In this document: positions 170,828 through 184,737 of the stretch, piece after piece
Position numbering within the stretch: the stretch's first letter is position 1
How the letters are laid out: every line of letters begins with the position of its first letter
Source of the DNA: Wallemia ichthyophaga EXF-994
Lineage: Eukaryota > Fungi > Basidiomycota
Length of the DNA stretch: 248,000 bases
Assembly: GCF_000400465.1 (NCBI RefSeq)
Contig: NW_008806283.1
Span: forward strand, 20,001-268,000
Direction of reading: 5' to 3'
The notes under the pieces: model-generated
Databases searched by the model: none
Told to the model about the DNA's origin: nothing
The model's input: only the letters and a program-made list of their open reading frames with translations
Position numbers and translations under genes: made by a program

Positions 170828-171366
170828 TTCTAGTTAAATGCTAGTAAATCTGAAATGCACTGTACGTGCGAGTGATGTCAGCGGTGGAAGCGGTGAAAGT
170901 GGAGAATTGAGTGAGGGATACAAATTAATTCCTGTCAGGCTTAAGGAGGGAATTAAATAACTCAATTATCCTGTGAAATGCTTTCTCTCCACGCTGTTCG
171001 CCACCAGCCAGATACAGACTCGCAACCACACTCATGCAAGAACTTTGAGGTGGTAGTAATATGTGAAATATGCATAATGTATCGGAGAATATCCCAGAAA
171101 CTTCTCGCGCCACCTACTCACGCGTTATTACTTCTCACGCAAGTAATGATTTGGGCCTGATGCAATCGTCAGCGGATTGATAGCGGAAACCGTGCAACTC
171201 AATGGGAGACATAGAGCAAGCGTTCCCAATCGTCTGCATTACCCACATCCACCTTTAAAATTTACCCGTGGAACTACATCGGATGAACTAATTGCATGTT
171301 TTAGCGGATTCCAGGTATAAATGACGCAAATCAATTGCCGCTTTTGCTTCTCTTACTATTACCACA

Positions 171367-172537
171367 ATGATCTCCAAACTTCTCAGTTCAGCAATCATAG
171401 CCTCTTCTGCACTTGCATACCCAGCGCCCCCAGACGGTGGCGTGGGCGTTTCAGGTGACGAACTCCCTGAGTACACCCCAATGTCCGACTTTGACACCGC
171501 CAGCTTTGTCGTTGGTGTTAACCAGGAGTTCCTGGAGTTAGACCTCTTTCACAACATCCTCGCATCATTTCCAGACGAGGATTTCGAAGCTGTTGGCATT
171601 GACGCATCACAGAGATATTACATCCAAGAAATGGCTGAGCAAGAGGTTGGTCATGCAGAGATGATCAACAACATTCTCGCGTCGGTTGGACAGACCTCCC
171701 AACAGTGCTCATACAAGTACCCTTACACTACTGTGAGAGAGGCACTTGCGTTCGCAGAATACATCACTAGATTCGGTGAAGCAGGTGTCTATGGTTTCCT
171801 TCCTCATTTGGACTCTCGCCCAATCGCTCAACTTGTGAGTAGACATTGTCTTGCTAATGATTTTTCTGATGAAACATAGCTTCTCCAAAGTATCACCACT
171901 GAGGCCAAGCAAGAAGTCTCTATGGCAATGATGGCGGGTGAATTCCCACAACCATACTGGTTTAACATGGGTAGGAAAATTCTCATCCAAGGATTTTTAA
172001 GCTGATTAATTCAATACAGGTCTCACTCAAGCTATGGCTTGGAGCTTGTTGGTTCCTTACCTCGACAGCTGCCCAGAAAGCAACCCAAGAGTCGAGTTCC
172101 CAGTCTTCCCAGCTTTGAATGTCACCAACGCCAACGCGACGCTCGACACATCTATCGAATCCGCTGTCAGTAATAACTACACACACGTAGCTCAACCTGG
172201 CAGACAGCTCGAGCTGCAATGGGAGGCACCAGGTATGGCTGTTGGACCATCAGAGCAAAACTACACCACCGATAAGAACCCAGATCTTGGTGACCCATCG
172301 CACGTCGCCTTCATTCACCAACTTAATGTCACATATGCTCCACTCGAAAACATCGACACTGAGGCCATGACAGCTACCACTATCCACCCAGACTTTATGA
172401 TGTACGGCAAGGGTATGGGCGTTAATGGAACTGTCTTCATCGCAATCACCGACGAAGAAGTTCCAGTCACACCATACAACTTTAGCTTACTCAACGATCA
172501 CGTCCATGCATTTGGACCATACTTTGCAGGTATCTGA
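171367..172537 (+). CDS. Rds1-like secreted ferritin-like stress protein, copy 1 (IR2 left arm)
   Basis: Signal peptide; NQEFLELDLFH, EQEVGHA, ITRFGEAGVYGF, SLLVPYLDSCP. Confidence 0.8.
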
Positions 172538-172795
172538 GCGATTTAAGCAATTGCTGCTAGAAATCTTGATTTTATAAATCTTAAAGACACAAACTATGCT
172601 TGTATGAATTGATGAATTATTGATGGTCTCTGCGTATCTTTTTATTGGAATTAGTGAAACTTTTCTCATCTTTAACACTCATCGGGAACACCAGAGAGAG
172701 CTATTTCAGCAACTGAATAAACAACAAAGAAAGGTAATTTATAATAAAAGGTTTACAACGGCAGAATGCACGTAACTTTTTATCTAATTTGTACA

Positions 172796-174294
172796 TTATT
172801 GCTTTGGTAAATCGTTCAAGGATGTCAAAGGAGAAGGAGGATCGTGGATGTTGATCATTGGAGGCATTTGTTGAGGGAAATGAGCTTGGGCTTGGGCTTG
172901 AGCTTGAGCCTGCAATGATTGAACTAATTGAACAGAAGCAGTGGCTGAGATATTCGACATCCAAATTCGAGTTTTAAAACCTCTAAAAAGTTCTCTAACT
173001 AATTCTCTAAAGTCTATCCTTTGTTCGGAAATGAAATAAAAGGTTAATTTGCGTCTATCCCATTGGTATTCAGCGTCAATAACTTCCATTGGCAAGTTCC
173101 TTTGTTTAACTTTTGAGATACAGATTTGCAGGGCCTTTGATTCATCTTGGCGCTTAGTAATCAACAACTGAGTATCAGAAGTGGAAGCCTTGGCAAATAT
173201 TTTCTTTGGTTGGAGGTCTTTAGAGACGGTCTTGAGAGCTTCAAAAGCAGGGTTGTGATTGTTGTGGGTAGCAGAAGCAGCGGGTAATTGATGAACGGAG
173301 GATGTTGGTGAGGGAGCATCATCCAAAGGAGAAACAGATATAGAAGGTCTTGAAGTGGGCATAGAAAAGTCTGAGTGGATGGGATGAACAGACTGCCCAG
173401 ATTGAGAAAATTGGAATTGGTTCAAGTCTTCGATAGTGAGGGAGTCATTTGTAACTTTACCAAGATCCTTGCCCCTGTCAGCTTCAACAATGACGAGGTC
173501 ACCAAAGTGTATATTCGAAGAGAGGGAAGTGTCTAGAGAGTAAAATAAGTCGGACCTTTAAAGTGGGGTTAGTGACGACATAGAAAAAAGGAAAGAACGA
173601 ACCTCGCAGCCTTGAATTCAACGATGAAGAGGGTAGTAAGGGGAGGAATGCTAGACGTGGGAGTGCCTTTGCCGAGATCATTGAGACTTGACTGCGGTTG
173701 CTGGGTCTGAGACTGAGACTGGGATTGAACGTCAAAAGGGAAAAATCTTGGCTGTGTGGGAGAAGAGAGAGGAAGAGGAGGCAAGTTGAAAAAGTGCGCA
173801 GGAGGATGGTTTTGAATTGGGGAGAGTTTGGGGAGGATTTGGTTGAAAGGATTTCTTTGGTTGAGCTCGAGACCAAGCGCGCTGTTGTCTAAAGGTTGTA
173901 GACTTGGGGGGAATTGAGAAGAGAGGGGGGAAGACTGAGAAGCAAAGTCAAATCTGGAGCCCCGCCTTTCGTTGTTCAAGTTGAAGTTGTCGGAGGATGA
174001 TTTGTGGGTGATCGTTGGGGATGACGAGTGGGGGTCTGGAGCTGCAACTTGACCTGGACCTGGACCTGGACCTGGAGCCACGTAAGAAGATCTATGCTTG
174101 TTTATTGGCTCGTCATTCAAATTCAAATTAAAAAAGTCGAGCTCAGTCGTGTTGGCCAGCGTGGGTCTTCTGTACGAATCTTGAGAAGGCTGCGTCGGGC
174201 TATCGATCATAGAATGCCTCCTCAAAGAAATATCATCGATTAATAAATTTTTATTATTAAATGGAGATTTGTTTGAAATATCATTCTCAGCCAT
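172796..174294 (-). CDS. PSP1 C-terminal domain protein
   Basis: AEYQWDRRKLTFY, RIDFRELVRELF. Confidence 0.8.
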
Positions 174295-174325
174295 ACTCGT
174301 TTGTTACCAACGATAGCTGCTGTCA

Positions 174326-177264
174326 ATGTCAGCGTAAGTATATTAATAAATAAAATTTAATTTTTATAATTAATTATTACAGCTACTCGAGACACGCCCC
174401 TACAAAGGCTTTTGGTTTAATATTTAATTCCCCTTCCAACGTACACTATCAAACATCTACAAAGCTAGCATATCTCCCTGCACTTGAAGATGTACTCGTT
174501 TGGGATATTAAATCTGCTACTCTTCAATCTGAGTGGCATGAGACTGGCTGTACAGCTCAAGTTACCCAATTATCCCCAAATCCTGCCAATAACTCCTTCG
174601 CTGTCGGTTATAGTGATGGCTCTATTAGAATTTGGCAGAATAACGCTGCAAACATCACTTTCAACGGCCACAAATCTCCTATCACCTCTCTTGAATGGGA
174701 CTTTGAGGGTATACGCCTTATTTCTGGCTCAAAAGACACAAATATCATCGTTTGGGATACTTTGGCTGAACAAGGTCTTACTCGTTTAAAAGGTCACAAA
174801 GATGCTATAAACACACTCCATTTCATCTCTCAAAATCATTTAATCTCCACTTCAAACGATACTTTCATCAAGCTATGGGATCTTAACACTCAACATTGCT
174901 TACAAACTCTAATTGGTCACAGATCCCCTGTCACCACCTCTACCTTAACAAGTGACCTCTCTTTACTCGCTTCTGGCTCTTCCGATGGTGAAATTAGACT
175001 TTGGTCTATTAACCACGAAAATCTTCATGAGGGCTTGTCTCAAGATGATAATGGCGATTTCATCAAATTCATCAACCATATCTCCACCCTTCCAACTCAC
175101 ACTATTAATAGAAAACGCATCTCTCAACTCGCTTTTCACGATTCCTTACCCTTCTTAGCCATTTTATCTTCTGATAGATCTCTCGAAGTTCTCAGATTGC
175201 GTACTGAAGAAGAAATCAAGTCAAAGATGGCTAGACGTAGACGTCGCAATAAAGATAAAGGAAAAGCTACTCATGATGATTCTTCTGTCATTAACGTCAC
175301 CATGAACGATAGGCTAACTCCATACTTGGTCGTCCATTCTCACTCCAAGATCAAGTCTTTCTCTTTTCCCCCACTTCCTTCTAATTTTGATCCTAAAGCT
175401 CCTGCACAGGTCCTTTTAGCATTAGCCAATAATGCTGTTGAATTGCATGCCATACCAGCACCAACCAAGAAGACCGCTGATGAAAGGGAGCCTGAAGCTT
175501 ACCGCCTTCACTCTTTAGATCTTCCCGGCCATAGAGCTGATATACGCGCACTTGCTCTCTCCTCTGATGATCAGTTGTTAGCCAGTGCATCCAATGGCCA
175601 ACTCAAGGTGTGGAATATGAAAACTCAAGCCTGTCTGAGAACCATAGACTGTGGCTATGCCATCTCTGTTGCTTTCCTCCCAGGCAACAGGTCTATTGTC
175701 ATTGGTACAAAGAGTGGTAACCTTCAACTTTATGATTTAATTTCGTCAACTCAAATTGCAGATGTTGATGCCCACGACAATACTATCTACGCCATTGACA
175801 TCGCACCATCAAAAACTTCACTCGTCACTGCCTCTGGCGATAAAGATGTCAAATTCTGGGATATCACTGAAGTTGAACGTGACTCTGATGTTGTCGAAAA
175901 TCAAAAAGTCAAGTCTGTTGGCATTGTGCACACCCGCACACTCAAAATGACCGATGAAGTGTTGGCTGTTAAGCATTCACCTGATAACCGCTACATAGCA
176001 GTATCACTCTTAGACTCAACTGTCAAGATCTTCTTCAATGATTCACTGAAATTTTATCTATCACTCTACGGACATAAATTGCCCGTATTATCCATGGATA
176101 TCTCACACGACTCGAAACTCATCATCACCTCATCGGCTGACAAGAATATTAAAATTTGGGGTTTGGACTTTGGTGACTGTAGGAAATCTCTTTTTGGTCA
176201 TGATAGCAGTGTGATGCAGGTTCAATTCGAAGCCGATTCTCATAGATTTTGGTCCACATCCAAGGACGCAACCGTTGCTTATTGGGATGGTGACAAATTT
176301 GAACAAATTCAGAAATTGTATGGACATCAAGGTGAAATCTGGGCATTGGTTACATCCAAAGACGGTCAATTCTTGGTAACAGGCTCACACGATAAGAGTT
176401 TGAGAGTCTGGGAAAAGCTCGACGAGCCTTTATTCTTAGAAGAAGAGCGTGAAAAGGCTTTGGAAGAGTTATATGAAGCGGATCTTGCTGATGAGGATGT
176501 TGGCAAGGACCAGAATGATCAGGTTGAAGCTGACAACGTACACAAAGCAACAAGCGAGACGTTGATGGCTGGTGAAAAGATTATTGAAGCCATCGAAATA
176601 TCTGACGAGGATATTAATGCATTGAATGACTACAATAATCTTTCTCAAGTAGATAAGGATAAGGTTGGTGGACCACCCACCCGCCATGCACAGTTTGTCG
176701 CACTGGGTAATCCAACTCCTGACGAATACTTGCTCAAGTTTGTACTTGAGAAGATTTCTCCACCTGATCTTCACGATGCTCTACTCGTTTTGCCTTTTAG
176801 CCATGTCATTTCACTGTTGCGTTATCTCGAAACATGGTCCGAAAAGGTGTGTTATGTTTGAGAAGTATCAAGAGTAAGCTGACAAGAAAACATAGGGATG
176901 GAATATCGGATTAGTCGCGCGTATACTTTTCTTCCTACTCAAGACCCATCACCACCAAATTGTAGCAAACAGAGTGATGAGAAACACAATGATAGGGCTA
177001 AAAAAGTCACTTAGGAAACGCTTGAATGAGCAGAAAGTGAGTTGCTGTCTACGATTAAGGAAATACTTTACTTACACATAACAGTCTGTTGTTGGATTCA
177101 ATCTTGCAGCTCTCAAAGTGATCAGACGTGCACACGACGCTGATCGCATTTCCAAATACTTAGAGGAGGAGGATATGGATGAAGAAAGAGCGAACCAACG
177201 TCTCAAAGCTGAGGAAGAAGCCTTGATGAATGCAGGTAAAAAGAGAAAGAGGATAATATTATAG
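174326..177264 (+). CDS. DIP2: U3 snoRNP WD40 protein Utp12/Dip2
   Basis: WD repeats, LSLYGHKLPV, IWGLDFGDC, ETLMAGEKI. Confidence 0.9.
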
Positions 177265-177329
177265 ACTAATTGTACAAAACGTAGACTTCTAATTTATATT
177301 ATCATTGCAATTTTAGATCTAACGTATCA

Positions 177330-177690
177330 GACTAGTCGCTGTGGTTGCGATTCCTCAATCTGTGCTGAATCAGATGACGTCTTGCGCTTTGATTTGAGTT
177401 GTTGGAGCTGAGACTTAAGGCTCTCTGGATCCTTTGCAGGTTTCTTAAAATATTTGTGAGTGATTTTGCTTGTAAACAGCAGTCAGCCTACATTTGTATC
177501 TTCTTCCTTAGGCCAGAATGTCGTTTTTGCCTGCATTTAAAGATCAGAGTGAGTAACTAGGTGTGTGTGTGTATAATCAATCTCACAGGCTCAATGTGCT
177601 TGTCATACCACTCAGGATCTCCAAAATGGTACATGAATGCTATTGGGAAGCTGCCAATACCATCAGCTTAAGCTGGGCGTATAGTGTCAC
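177330..177690 (-). CDS. Pet100-like COX assembly factor (absent from ORF track)
   Basis: FPIAFMYHFGDPEWYDKHI in spliced reading. Confidence 0.55.
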
Positions 177691-177806
177691 GTCGATAAAT
177701 TAACACTCACAAGAGATAAGCAGCGAATTTGAATATTTCCAAGTTGGGTCCACCCATCCTACAGCGTATTCTTCCTAATCGACGGCCAAGTCCAAGGGGC
177801 TAGATA

Positions 177807-179500
177807 ATGACAGACATTGATACAGACTTTAATAGTATTTCACTGCTATCCAATCATAACAAGGAAAATGCCATGACTTCAATTGCTATACCCAAATCAT
177901 CCACTTCTCTAAAAGATAACGATATCGATGATAGCAACCATAATGAGAGGAATGAGAGTTCGCCAAGAGGCAGGCATACAAAAATGCGTTCCTTGAGCAA
178001 TCCCGCATCTGATTTGGATACGGATACTGGCTTGTTGTTACGCAGAGTTGATGAGACTGCCTCTACATCAAGGAGGCATTCATTACATAAAGGGAAACAT
178101 AATATTATACACGCTATCGAAGAAAACGATAAGGGCTCTTCTGATATCGACTGGCAGTTCTGGGGCGAAGTGATGGCTAGTAAGTCTGAGACATTTCGGT
178201 GAGATATGCCTGACAGGTGTGCGTTATAGACTACGAGGACGTAGCTCATAACCAACCGCATGCGCTCTCCAAGGCTATTCAGAAGGGTATACCCAAGGAA
178301 TTACGCGGAATGTTGTGGCAGCTCATGTGAGTAACGTCATTGATGTGATTATCGTTGTTGACTATTATGCTCTAAAGGAGTAGCTCCAAGAACCCAGATC
178401 TAGAAGCATTATACCAAGAATACCTAAAGTTGTCATCAGTAAATGACAAAGCGATACATAAAGATCTTTCACGCACATTCCCGGCGTTGGAGTACTTCCA
178501 GGACCCAGATTCAGTAAATTGGCTTTTCAACGTGGCCAAAGCTTACTCACTTTATGATGTGGAGTGTGGATATACCCAGGGAATCCTATTCGTTATAGGT
178601 CCTCTTCTGTTAAATGCGCCAGATGAAGAGGCCTTTGGACTGCTAATCAGATTAATGCAATCTTATGATCTGCGTGGTCACTATCTACCTGAAATGCCTG
178701 GTTTACATTTGAGACTTTTCCAGTTTGATAGACTATTGGAAGAGTTTTTACCCATGGTGTACACGCACCTCACTAAACAAGGTGTCAAATCTTCGATGTA
178801 TGCTTCTCAATGGTTTATGACACTTTTTTCGTATCGCTTTCCACTCGACATTGTCTACAGGATATTCGACAACATATTCGCTGAAGGTATAGAGGCTATT
178901 TTTAGGTTTGGCATAGGATTGATGAAAAAGAATGAAGACAAATTACTGTCTCTGCAATTTGAAAATATAGTCGACTTTCTCAAAGAGGGAATGTTGGAAG
179001 CATACAGAATACCACGAGATACCACAACTAGGGCAGGATCAGTGTCACTGCAGGCACCTCTACTCAGAGGGACATCACACAGCTCACCACACTCGAGTAT
179101 AAGCGGAAGCGTCTCCCCCAGACTAGCTACTTCAGCGGATAGCGGTGAATGGGACTGTGATTCATTAGTCTCAGATGCTTATGATGTCAAGATAACACCA
179201 TTCCAACTAGATTCTTATGCTTCTGAATGGGCTGAGACTTGTTACAATGTCAACAAACACGCGCATGAAGTCGATGAATTGAGACTGGCAAATAGAGGTC
179301 TGTCTTCGCAGATAAAAAAACTGGAGGCTAGTCTTACGCAGATCAACGGAGAGCATTGCGAGCTGGTTAAAACTCTCGTCAATATAAGAATCGAGAAAGA
179401 TGAGATGGAGGAATCTCTAATCAACAAGCTAGTCAGGGCACAGATGGAGAAGGCAGCAGCAGAGGAGGAGCTTCAACGCATGAGAGAGCACATCAGGTGA
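177807..179500 (+). CDS. TBC-domain RabGAP (Gyp5-like)
   Basis: IHKDLSRTFP, GYTQG, YASQWFMTLF. Confidence 0.85.
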
Positions 179501-179761
179501 TAAACAAGAAAATCAAAATAGCAGTTTCTAATTTGTTTCAATTTCAAGGTCTCACTGATATGGTAAGTGGTAAAATGAAAATTTAAAAAATTGTATGAAA
179601 GTGGAAATGGAGAGAACGATTGTAATAACGCAGTTTAAATTAAAAGCCTTACGATTTTTGCTTAAATTAAAAATATAAAATCTCACGGCGTTCACTCGCT
179701 AAGACGAATCCATCGATCTTTCCTAAACTTAATTTATCGTTCAAAAAATAAGATTGTTTAG

Positions 179762-181203
179762 ATGACGGCAGCTGGCACATCTAGCGGCGAGACACCAGCC
179801 GCATTAGCTGAATTAGTAACTCAAGTGTCTCCAAATTCCCAACCGCAGAGGAATACGCGTCAACCTGTTCGCAAGACTAAGAAAAAGAAACAGCCTGCTC
179901 CCAGTGAAACTGAGAAGAACATCGGCAGTCACGAGAATACCAATAAACAGCCCCAACAATCGTTATCGACTTCAGAAAATGACGCTCAATCACCCCATAC
180001 TGAACAGCCTCCACAAAGACCCGAGCAGATTCCTACAACAGCGACAAACAATGGTTAGTGTTTATCTTACATAATTATAGACTCAAATTTACCAAATACT
180101 CACTAGTAAAAGAAGAAACTCAGCCAACGAAAGAACCTTCCAAACCAGTACCCAAACAGCGCAAAAAGAAGTCAAAATTATCTTCATTCTTCTCTTCCAT
180201 CGTTCCATGCGTTGGAGAATCATCAAGAAATCCAGCGCACGACATTTCATCGAGTGAGGCACCACACAAAACACAAAATCAACCGTCAGCATCAACATCA
180301 CGGCGGAAGTCTAATAATAACATAAATAACTCAAGTACAGTAGACCTTAGTCAGAATAATGAAGATGATATACCACCTGCTACGCCAGTCATACCTTCTC
180401 AAGGAGTTGATATGCCTCTATCAGATACAGCTGGATTGACCTCAGGAGCTGTTATGCCCCCCGGAAAAGAATTAAATCCACCAACACCATCTCGTCAACC
180501 ATCCACTCACCAACACCACGAAAGCGAATCTTCTGAGGAAGAGGAAGAAGAGGAAGTTGATGAATTTGAGAGTGAGCTGGCAGATGAGGAGCGCATAATC
180601 GCAAAAGGTGGAATGGGTATACCAGTTGGTGAGGATGGTCAACCTAACCCTCTTTTACCTCCTTTAATCACATCAGACAATGGCAAAAAGTGCTTAGTTT
180701 TGGATTTGGATGAGACTTTAGTGCACAGTTCATTTAAATTAATTCAGCATGCTGATTACGTGGTACCTGTTGAAATTGAGTCGCAAACTCACAACGTATA
180801 CGTGATAAAGCGCCCAGGAGTTGATGCTTTCCTTAAGAGAATGGGTGATTTGTTTGAAATTGTCGTATTCACAGCTTCACTATCTAAATACGCCGACCCA
180901 GTATTAGATATGTTGGATATCAACAGAGTAGTCAGGCACCGATTATTCAGAGAAAGTTGTTACAATCATAAAGGAAATTATGTCAAGGATCTCTCACAAT
181001 TAGGTAGACTGATCAACGATAGTATAATCATCGATAATAGCCCTGCATCTTACGTATTTCATCCAAACAATGCAGTACCAGTTTCAAGTTGGTTCAATGA
181101 TCCTCATGATACTGAATTGACCGATTTGTGTCCTTTCTTGACAGATTTGACAGCGGTTGATGATGTTAGAGGCATATTAAATGGTACTTTATTAGCTTCA
181201 TAG
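179762..181203 (+). CDS. PSR1: CTD small phosphatase, Psr1-like
   Basis: [31 protein letters not shown]. Confidence 0.85.
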
Positions 181204-181548
181204 TCTTTCAGTTCCCTACCTTGACACAGTTCATATTCAATATTTTTCAATTTACATTCAATTAGATTTGCATTCATAATACTTGGTCAATCAACACATT
181301 CCACAGCTCTCAAAATGTTATAACTTTAGTTAAACACAATCGAATCATTTGAAACACCGAAACCAGTCATTGCTACTCCTTTCACTTCTACAATTTGTAA
181401 TTCTTTAATTCCAATTACATTAAAACTTCATCCAAATTCTAAAGCGATTTCAAATGCGTAATCATTCATGAAAGTACAAGCATAGTCATTGCTCCCCAAA
181501 GACGTGTCATTTTCATTCAAGTTTTCTAGCAGCAATTGCTTAAATCGC

Positions 181549-182720
181549 TCAGATACCTGCAAAGTATGGTCCAAATGCATGGACGTGATCGTTGAGTAAG
181601 CTAAAGTTGTATGGTGTGACTGGAACTTCTTCGTCGGTGATTGCGATGAAGACGGTTCCATTAACGCCCATACCCTTGCCGTACATCATAAAGTCTGGGT
181701 GGATAGTGGTAGCTGTCATGGCCTCAGTGTCGATGTTTTCGAGTGGAGCATATGTGACATTAAGTTGGTGAATGAAGGCGACGTGCGATGGGTCACCAAG
181801 ATCTGGGTTCTTATCGGTGGTGTAGTTTTGCTCTGATGGTCCAACAGCCATACCTGGTGCCTCCCATTGCAGCTCGAGCTGTCTGCCAGGTTGAGCTACG
181901 TGTGTGTAGTTATTACTGACAGCGGATTCGATAGATGTGTCGAGCGTCGCGTTGGCGTTGGTGACATTCAAAGCTGGGAAGACTGGGAACTCGACTCTTG
182001 GGTTGCTTTCTGGGCAGCTGTCGAGGTAAGGAACCAACAAGCTCCAAGCCATAGCTTGAGTGAGACCTGTATTGAATTAATCAGCTTAAAAATCCTTGGA
182101 TGAGAATTTTCCTACCCATGTTAAACCAGTATGGTTGTGGGAATTCACCCGCCATCATTGCCATAGAGACTTCTTGCTTGGCCTCAGTGGTGATACTTTG
182201 AAGAAGCTATGTTTCATCAGAAAAATCATTAGCAAGACAATGTCTACTCACAAGTTGAGCGATTGGGCGAGAGTCCAAATGAGGAAGGAAACCATAGACA
182301 CCTGCTTCACCGAATCTAGTGATGTATTCTGCGAACGCAAGTGCCTCTCTCACAGTAGTGTAAGGGTACTTGTATGAGCACTGTTGGGAGGTCTGTCCAA
182401 CCGACGCAAGAATGTTGTTGATCATCTCTGCATGACCAACCTCTTGCTCAGCCATTTCTTGGATGTAATATCTTTGTGATGCGTCAATGCCAACAGCTTC
182501 GAAATCCTCGTCTGGAAATGATGCGAGGATGTTGTGAAAGAGGTCTAACTCCAGGAACTCCTGGTTAACACCAACGACAAAGCTGGCGGTGTCAAAGTCG
182601 GACATTGGGGTGTACTCAGGGAGTTCGTCACCTGAAACGCCCACGCCACCGTCTGGGGGCGCTGGGTATGCAAGTGCAGAAGAGGCTATGATTGCTGAGC
182701 TGAGAAGTTTGGAGATCATT
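181549..182720 (-). CDS. Rds1-like protein, copy 2 (IR2 right arm)
   Basis: Protein identical to copy 1 in the ORF track; introns nearly identical. Confidence 0.8.
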
Positions 182721-183399
182721 GTGGTAGTAGTAAAAGAAAAATGCATTACTTCTTAAAGGGGTCTCGGCAAAACATGCAATAAGTTCACCCACTCAGACAT
182801 CAGTCCGGGTAAAAGTTGGTAAAAGCTTTCCGGATGAAAGGATGTCTGTGATTGCTGTATCGAGTAGCGACGTTATTTAATAATGATCCCCTGATCAGTT
182901 ACGTCACATATATCACGTTTCGAATTCAATTGTTAATGTCACCCTTCGAATTCGATTGTGATAGCCAAGAAATCCTGTTCTATTCCGAGACACATCTCTG
183001 TCACAGTCGGATGTGTATCGTATATTAGCACGAGTAGCAATCGAGTAAAAGTAGCTTTTAGCTCTTCAGAAGGCCGTAGAAGGGCAGTAGCCTAGACTCT
183101 GTTGCCATCCAATCCTTTCCAAGATTATTCATCAGCCACGCTCAATCATTAACGAATAGGAAGACAATTAATTAAAAAAAATCTTACTATTCGTGGATCT
183201 AGTTAGTGTCTAGTTTTATTCTGATTATCTAGATGTAAGCTGTTGTTCTGTTCAACGTAGTAAGCTTGTTTTTGTTATAAATCAAAACATTCCAATGTAA
183301 ATTTCAATCAATTATTAAACCAAGCTCATTGTTCACGCGCTAATGGATTTACAAGCATTTCACCGAATTTTATTAAACTGGATGTACCACGTGGTTCGT

Positions 183400-184707
183400 T
183401 CAGAAGGAGTGGAATCTTTGGAAAGTCAATTAGTGCTGATTGCGTAAAAATACGCTTACTTTAACAATGTGGAAGTCTTCTCCATATCTAATACACTCAT
183501 CAGCATTTGACGTTACACTCATCAAACACTCACAAGTCATCAGCTTCTGCAAGATATTTCTTTTGGGTGCCATCTCTTGCTAGACATCTATCGCAATTTG
183601 ATCGAGAGTTACCTTGATCGTCTTGTGGTAGCAAGAGGAGGTTGTTTATAACTATGTTGCTGGTATCTATGCCACTGATTGAGTGTTAGTAGCTTCAAGC
183701 ATAGTTGAAAGCACTCACTAAGTCGAAAGTTCTTGTATCAGACGCTCAGTTTCGTATATAGACAAGAACTCAGCAATACAGACACAAACAACTGGAGATG
183801 GTGCGATTAGAGTTAGTGAGGCATTAATTACCAATACTACTCACAAGTTGTCAAGTCAGCGTTCTCAGAAATAATCAGCTGTGAACGCGATCATAGCTCA
183901 ACTGACTCACCTTGAATTGGGTGTTGACTTCATCGATGGTAGTGCGCATACTCTCTAATTTAGCAAAAATATCCTCTTGGGCATTAGCTCCCCCTCCCAT
184001 CATACCGGTGAAGTTGTTGATCAGACCACCAAATCGACCAGACAAAGAGCTAATTTTCTCCAAAGCCTTGGACAGAACGGTTGGGAAAGATAAGAAACGT
184101 AAAGTGTGACCAGTAGGAGCAGTATCAAAAACGATACAGCTATATTGTTGAGAATTGACGTATTTCATAATCTCAGCGAATCCCATAGCCTCATCAACAC
184201 CTGGGATAGCGAATGCCAAATCTTGGACAAAGCTGTTCAAGCCATTTGAATCACTGTCTTCATTGCTCTGGACCATTTCAGTTAAGGCTGCAGAAGGATC
184301 GATTTCCATTGCGGATAAGTTGTCGAAACCGTTGACATTAGTTGCCTCTTTTGAGAATTTCTGATTAAAAGCATCTGAAAGGTTGTGTGCGGGGTCTGTT
184401 GACTGTAAATGCGTAAAGGTGCTTAGAAACTTGTTACGTTTGAGTGAAATATATAACTCACTATCAGCAAAACGCTTTCACGGGACTTTGCGAGCTGAAT
184501 AGCTAAAGAGCAAGACGTTGTAGTCTTACCGACACCACCTTTACCACCTAATTCAAAGATATAGACATTCACCGTCCTGATGCAAGTACTAACCACAGAA
184601 GATCCATTTGAGCGTCTAAGCTTGTTTAGTAAAGCGTCTTTAGAAAACTCAAATCTCACTTTGTTATTGACTACATTCTCAAGCGTTGGTGCAAACTCGT
184701 CTGCCAT
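183400..184707 (-). CDS. GET3: Get3/ArsA ATPase, multi-exon
   Basis: [31 protein letters not shown]. Confidence 0.92.
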
Positions 184708-184737
184708 TTTGATATTGCTGGTCAAGAATCAACTTCC

